Assembly: GCA_902482615.1 (NCBI GenBank)
Contig: CABTAA010000001.1
Location: 1 to 33,985, forward strand
Length of the DNA stretch: 33,985 nt
Direction of reading: 5' to 3'
From: an uncultured Collinsella sp.
GTDB lineage: Bacteria > Actinomycetota > Coriobacteriia > Coriobacteriales > Coriobacteriaceae
Under the pieces are notes generated by a model. It saw only the letters and a list, made by a program, of their open reading frames with translations. It was not told the origin of the DNA and did not search any database. Both the position numbers and the translations under genes were made by a program. The stretch's first letter is position 1; each line of letters begins with the position of its first letter. Positions 17,221 to 26,624 of the stretch are shown here, in pieces.

Positions 17221-18150
17221 ATGTCGTTTACCGCTGAGGTGCGCGACGAGCTTGCGCGCTGCGAACCCGAATGTGAATACTGCGACTTGTCGACGCTTGC
17301 CGCCCTCACGCGCGTGAGCGGTACGCTCTCGCTTACCGGCTCTGGGCGGTATCGTTTGACGGTCGCGACTGAGACGGGAGCCGTCGCGCGCACGATGATC
17401 ACGCTGACGCATCGTATCCTTAAGCTCAAAACGGAGTTCACCGTCCGCAAATCTGTCTTGCATAAGGTTCGAAACTACCTCATCACCTTGCCTGATCAGC
17501 CAGACCTGGATAAGGCCTTGGTTCTGCTGGGTATCCTCGACCGTAGGGGAGGACTTGTCGCCGGCGTACCCCGACATATCGTTGCCCGTCCTTGCTGTAG
17601 ACTTGCCTATATCCGCGGCGCGCTCATCGCGGGCGGCTTCGTGGCCGATCCACGCGGCGATTTTCATTTGGAGATCGCTGTGCAGGGCGAGCAATATGCC
17701 AAGGGACTTTGCGATCTGTTGGAGCAGATTGGGGTCCATGCTCGTGTTAATGCACGGCGGGGGTCATATGCCGTGTACATTAAGAGCGCCGAGGAAATCG
17801 AGCATCTATTAAAGCTGATTGGTGCCAAGCGCAGCGTTGCCGAGATTGAGGAGGCGCGCGCGGTCAAGTTGGTTAAGAACGATGTGAACCGTCGCGTGAA
17901 TGCCGAGCTCGCCAACCAGACCAGAAGCGCCGGTGCTGCCCAACATCAGCTTGCGCTTATCGATGAGCTCGAGCAGCGTGGCCTTCGCGATGCGCTTCCG
18001 GATGCCTTGGCGGTCTTTTGCGACCTGCGCGAGCGCTATCCCGATCTGTCGCTGCGTGATTTGGGGGAGATGGCTGACCCTCCCTTGTCGAAGTCTGCCC
18101 TGTACCATCGCGTTTTGAGGCTTGAAAAGCTCATTGAAGCAAACAGGTAG
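17221..18150 (+). CDS. whiA: DNA-binding cell-division protein WhiA
   Basis: MSFTAEVRDEL, YIRGALIAGG (LAGLIDADG-like), HLEI, NRRVNAELAN, C-terminal HTH SLRDLG...PPLSKSAL. Confidence 0.95.
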   Translation: MSFTAEVRDELARCEPECEYCDLSTLAALTRVSGTLSLTGSGRYRLTVATETGAVARTMITLTHRILKLKTEFTVRKSVLHKVRNYLITLPDQPDLDKALVLLGILDRRGGLVAGVPRHIVARPCCRLAYIRGALIAGGFVADPRGDFHLEIAVQGEQYAKGLCDLLEQIGVHARVNARRGSYAVYIKSAEEIEHLLKLIGAKRSVAEIEEARAVKLVKNDVNRRVNAELANQTRSAGAAQHQLALIDELEQRGLRDALPDALAVFCDLRERYPDLSLRDLGEMADPPLSKSALYHRVLRLEKLIEANR

Positions 18151-18195
18151 TTTGAAGTATCGACTTATATACGGATTTAGCTGCTATTTTAGTCT

Positions 18196-18271
18196 TTAAA
18201 ACGTTTTAACGTAAATTTGATTTTCAATTTCGAGCATTCTCGTGAAATTCAAGTCAAAAAAAAGGTATATT
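18196..18271 (+). promoter_or_regulatory. Candidate gap promoter region with perfect palindrome
   Basis: Very AT-rich region; TTAAAACGTTTTAA at 18196-18209; -10-like TATATT at 18266-18271. Confidence 0.5.
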
Positions 18272-18343
18272 AGGCGAGTGGTTAGTTTGTGGGCCTCAAC
18301 GGCGGGCGCTGTAGCTCGCGGGGGCCTTACGAAAGGAGACACA

Positions 18344-19369
18344 ATGGCAGTAAAGGTTGCTATTAACGGCTTCGGTCGCATCGGTCGTCTGGCTTTCCGT
18401 CAGATGTTCGGTCATGAGGGCTCCGAGATCGTCGCTATCAACGACCTCACCTCTCCCGATATGCTCGCTTACCTGCTGAAGTACGACTCCACGCAGGGCA
18501 ACTACGCTCGCGATCACGAGGTCGTTGCTGGCGAGGATTCCATCACCGTTGACGGCAAGGAGATCAAGATCTACAAGGAGGCCGACGCCAACAACCTGCC
18601 TTGGGGCGACCTCGACGTCGACGTCGTTCTCGAGTGCACCGGCTTCTACACCAGCAAGGCTAAGGCTCAGGCCCACATCAACGCTGGCGCCAAGAAGGTC
18701 GTCATCTCCGCTCCGGCCGGCAGCGATCTGCCCACCATCGTGTACAACGTCAACCATGAGACGCTGACCGCTGAGGACAACATCATCTCCGCTGCCTCCT
18801 GCACGACGAACTGCCTCGCCCCGATGGCCAAGGGTCTCAACGACTTCGCTCCCATCGTGTCCGGCATCATGACCACCATCCACGCCTTCACCGGCGACCA
18901 GATGCCGCTCGACGGCCCGCAGCGCAAGGGCAACTTCCGTCGCTCCCGCGCCTGCTCCGAGAACATCGTCCCGAACACCACGGGCGCTGCCAAGGCCATC
19001 GGCCTGGTTCTCCCCGAGCTCAACGGCAAGCTCATCGGTGCCGCCCAGCGCGTCCCGACGCCGACCGGCTCGCTGACCAACCTCTACGCCGTCGTTGACA
19101 AGAAGGTCACCGTCGACGAGGTCAACGCTGCCATGAAGGCCTACGCCGAGACCATCCCCGATACCTTCGCCTACAACGAGGACCAGATCGTCTCCCGCGA
19201 CATCGTCGGCGAGACCCACGGCTCCATCTTCGACGCCACGCAGACCATGTGCTCTGACCTCGGCAACGGCCAGACCCTCGTTCAGGTCACCTCTTGGTAC
19301 GACAACGAGAACTCCTACACCTCTCAGATGGTCCGCACCATCAAGTACTTCGAGAAGTTCGTTGCTTAA
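18344..19369 (+). CDS. gap: Glyceraldehyde-3-phosphate dehydrogenase, type I
   Basis: [27 protein letters not shown] after AAAGGAG. Confidence 0.99.
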   Translation: MAVKVAINGFGRIGRLAFRQMFGHEGSEIVAINDLTSPDMLAYLLKYDSTQGNYARDHEVVAGEDSITVDGKEIKIYKEADANNLPWGDLDVDVVLECTGFYTSKAKAQAHINAGAKKVVISAPAGSDLPTIVYNVNHETLTAEDNIISAASCTTNCLAPMAKGLNDFAPIVSGIMTTIHAFTGDQMPLDGPQRKGNFRRSRACSENIVPNTTGAAKAIGLVLPELNGKLIGAAQRVPTPTGSLTNLYAVVDKKVTVDEVNAAMKAYAETIPDTFAYNEDQIVSRDIVGETHGSIFDATQTMCSDLGNGQTLVQVTSWYDNENSYTSQMVRTIKYFEKFVA

Positions 19370-19406
19370 GTTATCGGCAATCGACTAGCTCGTTGAGCGT
19401 CTAAAG

Positions 19407-19454
19407 AAGGGCGCGGCCTTTAAGGGCTTATGCTCTGGGGTCGCGTCCTTTTTT
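19407..19454 (+). terminator. Terminator-like hairpin between gap and pgk
   Basis: AAGGGCGCGGCC ... GGTCGCGTCCTT followed by TTTT. Confidence 0.7.
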
Positions 19455-19507
19455 ATTGGAAACCGTGCGCACATACGTGCACACATGTACGAAAGGTAGA
19501 AGCAAAC

Positions 19508-20710
19508 ATGGCCTTTACCAAGAAGACCGTCCGCGACATCGATGTCGACGGCAAGCGCGTTCTCGTTCGCGTTGACTTCAATGTGCCTATCAAGGACGGC
19601 GTCGTGGGCGATACCACCCGCATCAAGGCTGCCCTTCCCACCATCAAGTATCTCGTCGAGCACAACGCTCGCGTCATCCTCATGAGCCACCTTGGCCGTC
19701 CTGCCGGCACTGGTTTCGAGCCCGAGCTTTCGCTCAAGCCGGTTGCCGCCAAGCTCGCCGAGCTTTCCGGTCTCGACGTCAGCTTCGTCCAGGACACCTA
19801 CGGCGAGGAGGCCGCCAAGGCCGTCGAGGCTGTCGAGCCGGGCAAGGTCCTCGTTCTCGAGAACGTCCGTTTCGATAAGCGCGAGAAGAAGAACGATCCC
19901 GAGATCGCCAAGAAGCTCGCTTCCTACGGCGACATCTTCGTTCTCGACGCCTTCGGCACCGCTCACCGCGCACAGGGTTCCGTCGTGGGCCCGGCCGCCT
20001 ATCTCCCCGCTGTCGCAGGCTTCCTGCTTGAGAAGGAGGTCGACACGCTGACCAGCATCTTCGCTGATCCTGAGCGTCCTTTCGTCGCCATCGTCGGCGG
20101 TTCCAAGGTTTCCTCCAAGATCGGTGTCCTCGATCATCTGATCGATTCCGCCGACACCCTGATCATCGGTGGCGGCATGGCCTACACCTTCTTCCTGGCC
20201 AAGGGCTATAAGACCGTCGGTACCTCCCTCAAAGAGGAGGACTGGGTCGAGCGCGCTGCAGAGATGCTCAAGAAGGCTGAGGACAAGGGCGTCAAGATCC
20301 TGCTCCCGATCGATAACCTCGTTGCCGACCACTTCGGCGAGGACGCTACGGGCGAGGTCGTCGCTTCCGACGCCATCCCCGAGGATCGCATGGGCATGGA
20401 CATCGGCCCCAAGACCGAGGCCCTTTACGCCGAGGCCATCAAGGGCGCCAAGACCGTCTTCTGGAACGGCCCCATGGGCGTTTTCGAGTTCGATAACTTC
20501 GCGCACGGCACCAAGGCCGTTGCCGAGGCTGTTGCCGAGCTCAAGGCCAACGGCGGCACCTCCATCATCGGCGGTGGCGACTCCGTCGCAGCCGTCAACA
20601 AGTTCGATCTTGCCGACAAGATGAGCTGGATCTCCACCGGTGGCGGCGCTTCCATGGAACTCGTCGAGGGCAAGGCTCTCCCCGGAGTGGAGGCGCTTCT
20701 CGATGCCTAA
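19508..20710 (+). CDS. pgk: Phosphoglycerate kinase
   Basis: RVDFNVP, SHLGRP, LENVRF, GGSKVSSKI, WNGPMG, STGGGAS. Confidence 0.99.
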   Translation: MAFTKKTVRDIDVDGKRVLVRVDFNVPIKDGVVGDTTRIKAALPTIKYLVEHNARVILMSHLGRPAGTGFEPELSLKPVAAKLAELSGLDVSFVQDTYGEEAAKAVEAVEPGKVLVLENVRFDKREKKNDPEIAKKLASYGDIFVLDAFGTAHRAQGSVVGPAAYLPAVAGFLLEKEVDTLTSIFADPERPFVAIVGGSKVSSKIGVLDHLIDSADTLIIGGGMAYTFFLAKGYKTVGTSLKEEDWVERAAEMLKKAEDKGVKILLPIDNLVADHFGEDATGEVVASDAIPEDRMGMDIGPKTEALYAEAIKGAKTVFWNGPMGVFEFDNFAHGTKAVAEAVAELKANGGTSIIGGGDSVAAVNKFDLADKMSWISTGGGASMELVEGKALPGVEALLDA

Positions 20711-21470
20711 TCGCACTAAACTCATCGCCGGCAACTGGAAAATGAACAACGACGTTGCCGCTGCCGCTAAGCTCGCTGACGAGCTCGCCGAGGCTCTGCC
20801 CGAAGTTCCCGAGGGCGTTGAGGTCCTCGTCTGCCCGCCGACCATCGACATCACCACCGTTCACGCCCGCATGCAGGCTGCCCCCATCGCTCTCGGTGCA
20901 CAGAACGTGTACTGGGAGGCAAAGGGTGCCTACACCGGCGAGTCCTCCTGCGACATGCTCAAGTCCGCTGGCTGCACTTACTGCATCATCGGTCACTCCG
21001 AGCGTCGTGGATATTTCCACGAGACCGACGAGGATATGAACAAGAAGGCCAAGGCCCTCGTTGCCGCTGGCATCGTTCCCGTCTTCTGCTGCGGTGAGCC
21101 CGAGGAGGTTCGCGAGGCCGGCACCTATGTCGACTTCGTTTGCAACCAGGTCATGGCAGGTCTCGAGGGTCTCGAGATCAAATGCCCCAAGCAGCTCGTT
21201 GTAGCCTACGAGCCCATCTGGGCCATCGGCACCGGCAAGACCGCTACCGCCGATGACGCCCAGGAGGTCTGCGGCGCTATCCGCGAGACCCTCAAGGAGA
21301 TGTTCGGCGAGGAGCTCGCTAACGGCATCCGCGTTCTCTATGGTGGCTCTGCCAAGCCCGGCAACATCGCCGAGCTCGTCGCCAAGCCCGACGTTGACGG
21401 TGCTCTCGTGGGCGGCGCTTCGCTCAAGGCTGCCGACTTCGCCTCTATGGTCGTCAAGGCAGGCGAGTAG
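20703..21470 (+). CDS. tpiA: Triosephosphate isomerase
   Basis: AGNWKMN, GHSERR, AYEPIWAIGTG, YGGS, LVGGASL; overlaps pgk by 8 nt. Confidence 0.99.
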   Translation: MPNRTKLIAGNWKMNNDVAAAAKLADELAEALPEVPEGVEVLVCPPTIDITTVHARMQAAPIALGAQNVYWEAKGAYTGESSCDMLKSAGCTYCIIGHSERRGYFHETDEDMNKKAKALVAAGIVPVFCCGEPEEVREAGTYVDFVCNQVMAGLEGLEIKCPKQLVVAYEPIWAIGTGKTATADDAQEVCGAIRETLKEMFGEELANGIRVLYGGSAKPGNIAELVAKPDVDGALVGGASLKAADFASMVVKAGE

Positions 21471-21475
21471 GACAT

Positions 21476-23029
21476 ATGGCACAGCGTCATCTTCCTGCAC
21501 TCCTGATCATCATGGACGGCTGCGGCCTGGCTCCGGCCGATGGCGAGAACGCCGTCGCCGCTGCTAAGACGCCCTTCCTTGATAGCCTGTACGAGAAGTA
21601 CCCCCACACCACGCTCGGCGCTTCGGGCGAGGACGTGGGTCTTCCCGATGGCCAGATGGGTAACTCCGAGGTGGGTCACCTCAACATCGGTGCCGGCCGC
21701 ATCGTGTTCCAGGAGCTTTCGCGCATCAACAACGCCATCAAGGATGGCTCCATCGCCAAGAACGAGGTCTTCGTCAAGGCTATGGACGACGTCAAGGCTG
21801 ATGGCAAGACTCTCCACCTCATGGGCCTTATGAGCCCTGGCGGTGTTCATTCTCACATGAACCACGTCGAGGCTCTGGTCAAGATGGCTGCCGAGCATGG
21901 TGTCAAGACCGTTCGCGTCCACGCCTTCATGGATGGCCGCGACGTCGACCCGCAGTCCGGTGCCGGTTACATGAGTGAGTTCTGCGCCTTCCTGGCTAAG
22001 ATCTCCGAGGAGACCGGTTGCGACGCTCGCGTTGCCACCGTCTCGGGCCGTTATTGGGCTATGGACCGCGATAATCGTTGGGAGCGCATCCAGCGCGCCT
22101 ACGACGTCATGGTCAACGCGTCCGATGCCGATACCGACCCCGTTGCCGGTATCAAGGCCTACTACGAGAAGGACCCGCGCGGCGACGAGTTCGTCGAGCC
22201 CTTCGCTGCCCACAACGAGGGCATCCACGAGGGCGACGCGGCTATCTTCTTCAACTTCCGTCCCGACCGCGCTCGTCAGATGACCCGCGTGTTCACGGAC
22301 AAGAAGTTCGACGGCTTTGAGCGCGAGCAGATCAAGCTTTCTCACTTTGTGACGATGACCGAGTACGATCCGACGTTTGACGTCGAGGTCGCCTTCCCCA
22401 AGACGTTCCCTGAGAACGTCCTGGCCGACGTTATCGCCGCCAATGGCCTGAAGCAGCTGCACACCGCCGAGACCGAGAAGTACGCCCACGTTACGTTCTT
22501 CCTCAACGGCGGCATCGAGGAGCCCAAGGAGGGCGAGGAGCGCGTGCTCGTCGCTTCCCCCAAGGTCGCTACCTACGATCTGCAGCCCGAGATGAGCGCT
22601 CCCGAGGTTACCGAGAAGCTCGTCGCCGCCATCAACGAGGATCGCGCTGATTTCTACATCGTGAACTTCGCGAACTGCGACATGGTTGGTCACACCGGTG
22701 TCTTCGACGCCGCCGTTAAGGCCGTCGAGGCTGTTGACGATGCCCTGTCCAAGGTTGTCCCGGCGATTCTCGCCAAGGGCGGCTTTGCGCTGATTACCGC
22801 CGATCACGGCAACGCCGATCACATGTTTGACGTTGCTTCCGACGGTTCCAAGCATCCGTTCACGGCTCACACCACCAACCGTGTGCCGTTTATCATCGTT
22901 GATGAGAAGGCACAGCTCACCGGTATCGAGGACGGCCGTCTTTCCGATATCGCTCCGACCATGCTCACCATGGCTGGTATCGAGCCTTCCGCCGAGATGA
23001 CGGGCCGCGTGCTCGCCACCGAGGCCTAA
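21476..23029 (+). CDS. gpmI: 2,3-bisphosphoglycerate-independent phosphoglycerate mutase
   Basis: GQMGNSEVGH, DGRD, GRYWAMDRD, AETEKYAHVTFF, DMVGHTG, TADHGNAD. Confidence 0.98.
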   Translation: MAQRHLPALLIIMDGCGLAPADGENAVAAAKTPFLDSLYEKYPHTTLGASGEDVGLPDGQMGNSEVGHLNIGAGRIVFQELSRINNAIKDGSIAKNEVFVKAMDDVKADGKTLHLMGLMSPGGVHSHMNHVEALVKMAAEHGVKTVRVHAFMDGRDVDPQSGAGYMSEFCAFLAKISEETGCDARVATVSGRYWAMDRDNRWERIQRAYDVMVNASDADTDPVAGIKAYYEKDPRGDEFVEPFAAHNEGIHEGDAAIFFNFRPDRARQMTRVFTDKKFDGFEREQIKLSHFVTMTEYDPTFDVEVAFPKTFPENVLADVIAANGLKQLHTAETEKYAHVTFFLNGGIEEPKEGEERVLVASPKVATYDLQPEMSAPEVTEKLVAAINEDRADFYIVNFANCDMVGHTGVFDAAVKAVEAVDDALSKVVPAILAKGGFALITADHGNADHMFDVASDGSKHPFTAHTTNRVPFIIVDEKAQLTGIEDGRLSDIAPTMLTMAGIEPSAEMTGRVLATEA

Positions 23030-23054
23030 TAGAAAACAAATACCGTTTTCTAGT

Positions 23055-23089
23055 AAGGGGGTTGTCCACAACCGGACAACCCCCTTTTT
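23055..23089 (+). terminator. Intrinsic terminator after gpmI
   Basis: AAGGGGGTTGTCC / GGACAACCCCCTT plus T run. Confidence 0.85.
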
Positions 23090-23193
23090 GGTATTTCTGC
23101 CATTTCCACCCCGTCCTTGAGTGGCAGGTAGGGGAGAGCGGGGGATTGTGGTACAGTACTGGAGTTTGAATTGTTCTATTAAGGAGCTTATCT

Positions 23194-23448
23194 ATGGGTC
23201 CGTTCCAGATTCTTCTGTTTGTCGTTTGGGCTGTCTCTGCCGTGGCGCTGACGATTCTCGTCCTGATGCATTCCGGTAAGGGCACCGGCGTTTCGGATAT
23301 GATCGCTAGCTCGCTGTATAACTCCAGCTCTGCCACGGGCGTCATGGAGCAGAACCTCGATCGCCTGACGGTAATTATGGCCGTCGTTTTTGCCGTGTGC
23401 GTCGTCCTGTGCATGTTCTTCTTCCCGCAGGGCATCGTCGGCTTCTAA
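23194..23448 (+). CDS. secG: Preprotein translocase subunit SecG
   Basis: Two transmembrane segments around LVLMHSGKGTG and EQNLDRLT; AAGGAG SD; usual position after glycolytic genes. Confidence 0.92.
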   Translation: MGPFQILLFVVWAVSAVALTILVLMHSGKGTGVSDMIASSLYNSSSATGVMEQNLDRLTVIMAVVFAVCVVLCMFFFPQGIVGF

Positions 23449-23470
23449 GCACGAGCCGCATAAATACTTG

Positions 23471-23505
23471 AAAAGGGTTCCGCAAGTGCGGGACCCTTTT
23501 TGTTT
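23471..23505 (+). terminator. Intrinsic terminator after secG
   Basis: AAAAGGGTTCCGC / GCGGGACCCTTTT followed by TGTTT. Confidence 0.85.
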
Positions 23506-23739
23506 ACATATTTGTAACAGAGTCAAAATATCCCCACATACTTCGCCCAACTAAAGAAATTCTCGACCGTTAACCGGAATTAGCCCCAAATCGTGCATAA
23601 AATGCGCTACTGTATTGCGAAACGTTGGTCCGTTGTGCATAACCAGCCATAGCAGCGAACCGCGTTTGAACGGTTCGATCGGGCTGTCTCGACGTTGCTC
23701 GGCCGAACTCACTTTGTCCTATCTCATAAGGAGGATGGC

Positions 23740-25416
23740 ATGGCTGATTCTATGTTCCACCAGCCCGTTATGGGTCGTCGCGCCTTTGTCGGCGGTACCC
23801 TTGCTGCGAGCTCCATGGCTTTTCTTGCCGCATGCGGCAAGAAGGGCGGCGACGCTTCCGGTTCTGAGTCCGGTTCGACGCTGAACTTCTACATCAACAA
23901 CCCGGTCTGCATCGACCCCTACAACGTCCAGGAGGACCAGGGCACTCAGGTCGAGTACCAGCTCTTTGACGCTCTGACCTCTTACGACGCCGAGAAGGGC
24001 GAGATCGTTCCGCTGGCTTGCGAGTCCTTTGAGTCCAACGACGACGCCACCGAGTTTACCTTCAAGATCAAGAAGGCCAAGTTCCACAACGGTGACGACG
24101 TTACCTCCAAGTCCTTCAAGCTCGGTTGGGAGCGTCTGGTCAACACCAAGTCGGCCATCGCTACCGAGTACGGCCCTTCCGAGGTTTCCTATCACCTTTC
24201 CATGGTCGAGGGCTATGACGACCTGCTTGCCGGTAACGCTACCGAGCTCAGCGGTGTTACCTGCCCCGACGATGAGACCCTCGTCGTCAAGCTGTCTTCC
24301 GCTTACGCCGACTTCCCCTTCGTCGCCTCTCACCCGGCTCTGGCCCCGGTTCCCGAGTGCGCCGAGTCCGATGTTAAGAGCTTCTACCTTGCCCCGGTCG
24401 GTAACGGCCCGTTCATGATGGACGGCAAGTGGGAGGATGGCCAGGAGATCAACGTCAAGAAGTTCGACGATTACTATGGCGACAAGGCCAAGATCGATGG
24501 CATCCACTTCCAGGTCATCAAGGACATGGAGACCGCTTACAAGGAGTTCCAGGCCGGTAACCTCGATGTCTGCGACGTTCCCGTCGCTCAGATCGATGCC
24601 GCCAAGAAGGATCGCGGCGTGTCCAAGGACGGCTACACCATGGGTGACGGCGAGCGCATGCTGCTCGGCGTAGAGCCTTCCACCTACTACCTGACCTGCA
24701 ACAACACGGCCGAGCCGTTCAACAACGCCGACCTTCGTAGGGGCATCTCCCTGGCCATCAACCGTGAGGCCATCTGCAAGACCATCTTCAAGGGTACCCG
24801 TACCCCCGCCGACGGCATTGTTCCTCCGGGCATCGATGGCTACAAGGAGGGCGCATGGGAGTTCTGCGCCTACGACGTCGACAAGGCTAACGAGTACCTC
24901 GACAAGGTCGCTCCTGCCGGTGCCAACGGTGACCGTGGCATTAACGTGACTCTGTCTTACAACCAGGACGGCGGCCACAAGGAGATCATGGAGTCCATCA
25001 TCGGCGACCTCGCCAAGGTTGGCGTTACCGCTACTTCCGATACCCCTGAGTGGTCTGCCCTGCTCGAGCAGTACCAGAACTTCAACTATCAGTTCGGTCG
25101 TCTGGGCTGGATTGCCGACTACCCGATCATGGACAACTTCCTGTATCCGCTGTTCCACTCCGACTCCCTCGGTGGCGACAACCGTTCTGGTTACAACAAC
25201 CCCGAGTTCGACGCCAAGCTCGACGAGGCTCGCACTACGGTTGACGACAAGGAGCGCGTCGCTAAGATGCAGGAGGCCGACGCAATGGTCGCTGCCGACT
25301 GCCCGGTCATCCCGGTGATGTTCTACACGCACACCCTCGCCGGCTCCGATCGCATCAAGCACCTCTATGTCGATCCGCAGAAGCACGCCGATCTGGGTAC
25401 CGCTGAGCTCGCCTAA
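23740..25416 (+). CDS. oppA: Oligopeptide-type ABC solute-binding lipoprotein (OppA-like)
   Basis: ATG after AAGGAGG; GRRAFV twin-arginine-like motif plus lipobox LAAC; KFHNGD, PVGNGPF, GWIADYP. Confidence 0.85.
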   Translation: MADSMFHQPVMGRRAFVGGTLAASSMAFLAACGKKGGDASGSESGSTLNFYINNPVCIDPYNVQEDQGTQVEYQLFDALTSYDAEKGEIVPLACESFESNDDATEFTFKIKKAKFHNGDDVTSKSFKLGWERLVNTKSAIATEYGPSEVSYHLSMVEGYDDLLAGNATELSGVTCPDDETLVVKLSSAYADFPFVASHPALAPVPECAESDVKSFYLAPVGNGPFMMDGKWEDGQEINVKKFDDYYGDKAKIDGIHFQVIKDMETAYKEFQAGNLDVCDVPVAQIDAAKKDRGVSKDGYTMGDGERMLLGVEPSTYYLTCNNTAEPFNNADLRRGISLAINREAICKTIFKGTRTPADGIVPPGIDGYKEGAWEFCAYDVDKANEYLDKVAPAGANGDRGINVTLSYNQDGGHKEIMESIIGDLAKVGVTATSDTPEWSALLEQYQNFNYQFGRLGWIADYPIMDNFLYPLFHSDSLGGDNRSGYNNPEFDAKLDEARTTVDDKERVAKMQEADAMVAADCPVIPVMFYTHTLAGSDRIKHLYVDPQKHADLGTAELA

Positions 25417-25512
25417 GAGTTTGCAGCTTCCGTGAGGGTCAAGTATTTACGTAGACCTCATGGGAAACATACAGTTCTCCCTAACCTGGGGTAAACTGGC
25501 TGATGGTAATTT

Positions 25513-25542
25513 TGGGATGCCGGTCTGGCGATCGGCATCCCA
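25513..25542 (+). terminator. Stem-loop between oppA and oppB (stabiliser or partial terminator)
   Basis: TGGGATGCCGGTC / GATCGGCATCCCA followed by TTT. Confidence 0.55.
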
Positions 25543-25572
25543 TTTAGGTTAATCCCTAGATAGGGGAGTGGT

Positions 25573-26610
25573 ATGGGTAAGTACATCGTTAAACGTGTGC
25601 TTCAGTTCATCCCGGTGTTTTTGGGCGTCACGCTGATTCTGTTCGCCCTCCAGAATATCGTGCCGGGAGATCCGATCAAGCTGATCGGTGGAGACAAGGC
25701 TCTGTCCCCCGAGGTGGAGCTTCAGCTTCGCGTCCGCTATCACCTGGTCCAGTCGGACGAGGACGGCAACGCGATTCTTGACGAGAACGGCGACCCCGTT
25801 CAAACGTCGCTCGTGGACCGTTACTTGTATTACATGAACGGCCTGCTTCATGGCGATCTGGGCAATTCGTATCAGCGCAAGCTGCCGGTTACGGAAATCT
25901 TTGCCCAGAAGTATCCGTATACGGTCAAACTTGCCGCGTGCGCCATCGTGCTCGAGGCAATCATGGGCATCGGTGCGGGTATCATTTCGGCGGTAAAGCG
26001 ATATTCCTTCTGGGATATTTTGGTAACGCTCACCACGTCGATCCTCGTTGCTGTCCCGGCCTTCTGGCTCGGTATGTTGCTGCAGCTGTTCTTTGGCGTC
26101 ATTCTCAAGGACGCCACGGGCGGTGCATTCTCCATGCCGATCTCGGGTGCCGGCGGTGCCAGCTCTCAGTATCAGGATTGGATGCACTATGTGCTTCCGA
26201 CCATTACGCTGGCTTCGGTTTCGACCGCTTATGCCGCCCGCATTATGCGCTCGCAGCTGCTTGACGTCATGAACCAGGATTACATCCGTACGGCAAAGGC
26301 CAAGGGTCTCTCCAATCGCGCGATCATCATCAAGCATGCGCTTAAGAATGCACTCATCCCCGTCGTTACCTATATCGGTGTCGACTTTGGTGGCATGCTT
26401 TCGGGTGCCATCCTGACCGAGACGGTCTTTAACTGGCCCGGTATCGGCTATGAGGTCTATCGCGCCATTAGCATGCGTGACTGGCCCATCGTTATGGGCG
26501 GCGTTACGCTCATCGTCGTCGTCGTCATGGTGATCAACTTGCTCGTCGATATTAGCTATGCATTCCTCGACCCGCGCATCCGCCTTGGCGGTCCGTCGGA
26601 TAAGGCCTAA
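25573..26610 (+). CDS. oppB: Oligopeptide ABC permease
   Basis: PGDP, GDLGNS, PAFWLG, QDYIRTAKAKG, HALKNA, LDPRIR. Confidence 0.9.
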   Translation: MGKYIVKRVLQFIPVFLGVTLILFALQNIVPGDPIKLIGGDKALSPEVELQLRVRYHLVQSDEDGNAILDENGDPVQTSLVDRYLYYMNGLLHGDLGNSYQRKLPVTEIFAQKYPYTVKLAACAIVLEAIMGIGAGIISAVKRYSFWDILVTLTTSILVAVPAFWLGMLLQLFFGVILKDATGGAFSMPISGAGGASSQYQDWMHYVLPTITLASVSTAYAARIMRSQLLDVMNQDYIRTAKAKGLSNRAIIIKHALKNALIPVVTYIGVDFGGMLSGAILTETVFNWPGIGYEVYRAISMRDWPIVMGGVTLIVVVVMVINLLVDISYAFLDPRIRLGGPSDKA

Positions 26611-26624
26611 GGGAGGTACGTCTC

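Noticed and set aside
20695..20712. pgk/tpiA overlap as a possible programmed frameshift fusion, as in Thermotoga
   Set aside because: No slippery run is visible, and tpiA has its own GGAGG SD and ATG, which fits ordinary translational coupling.
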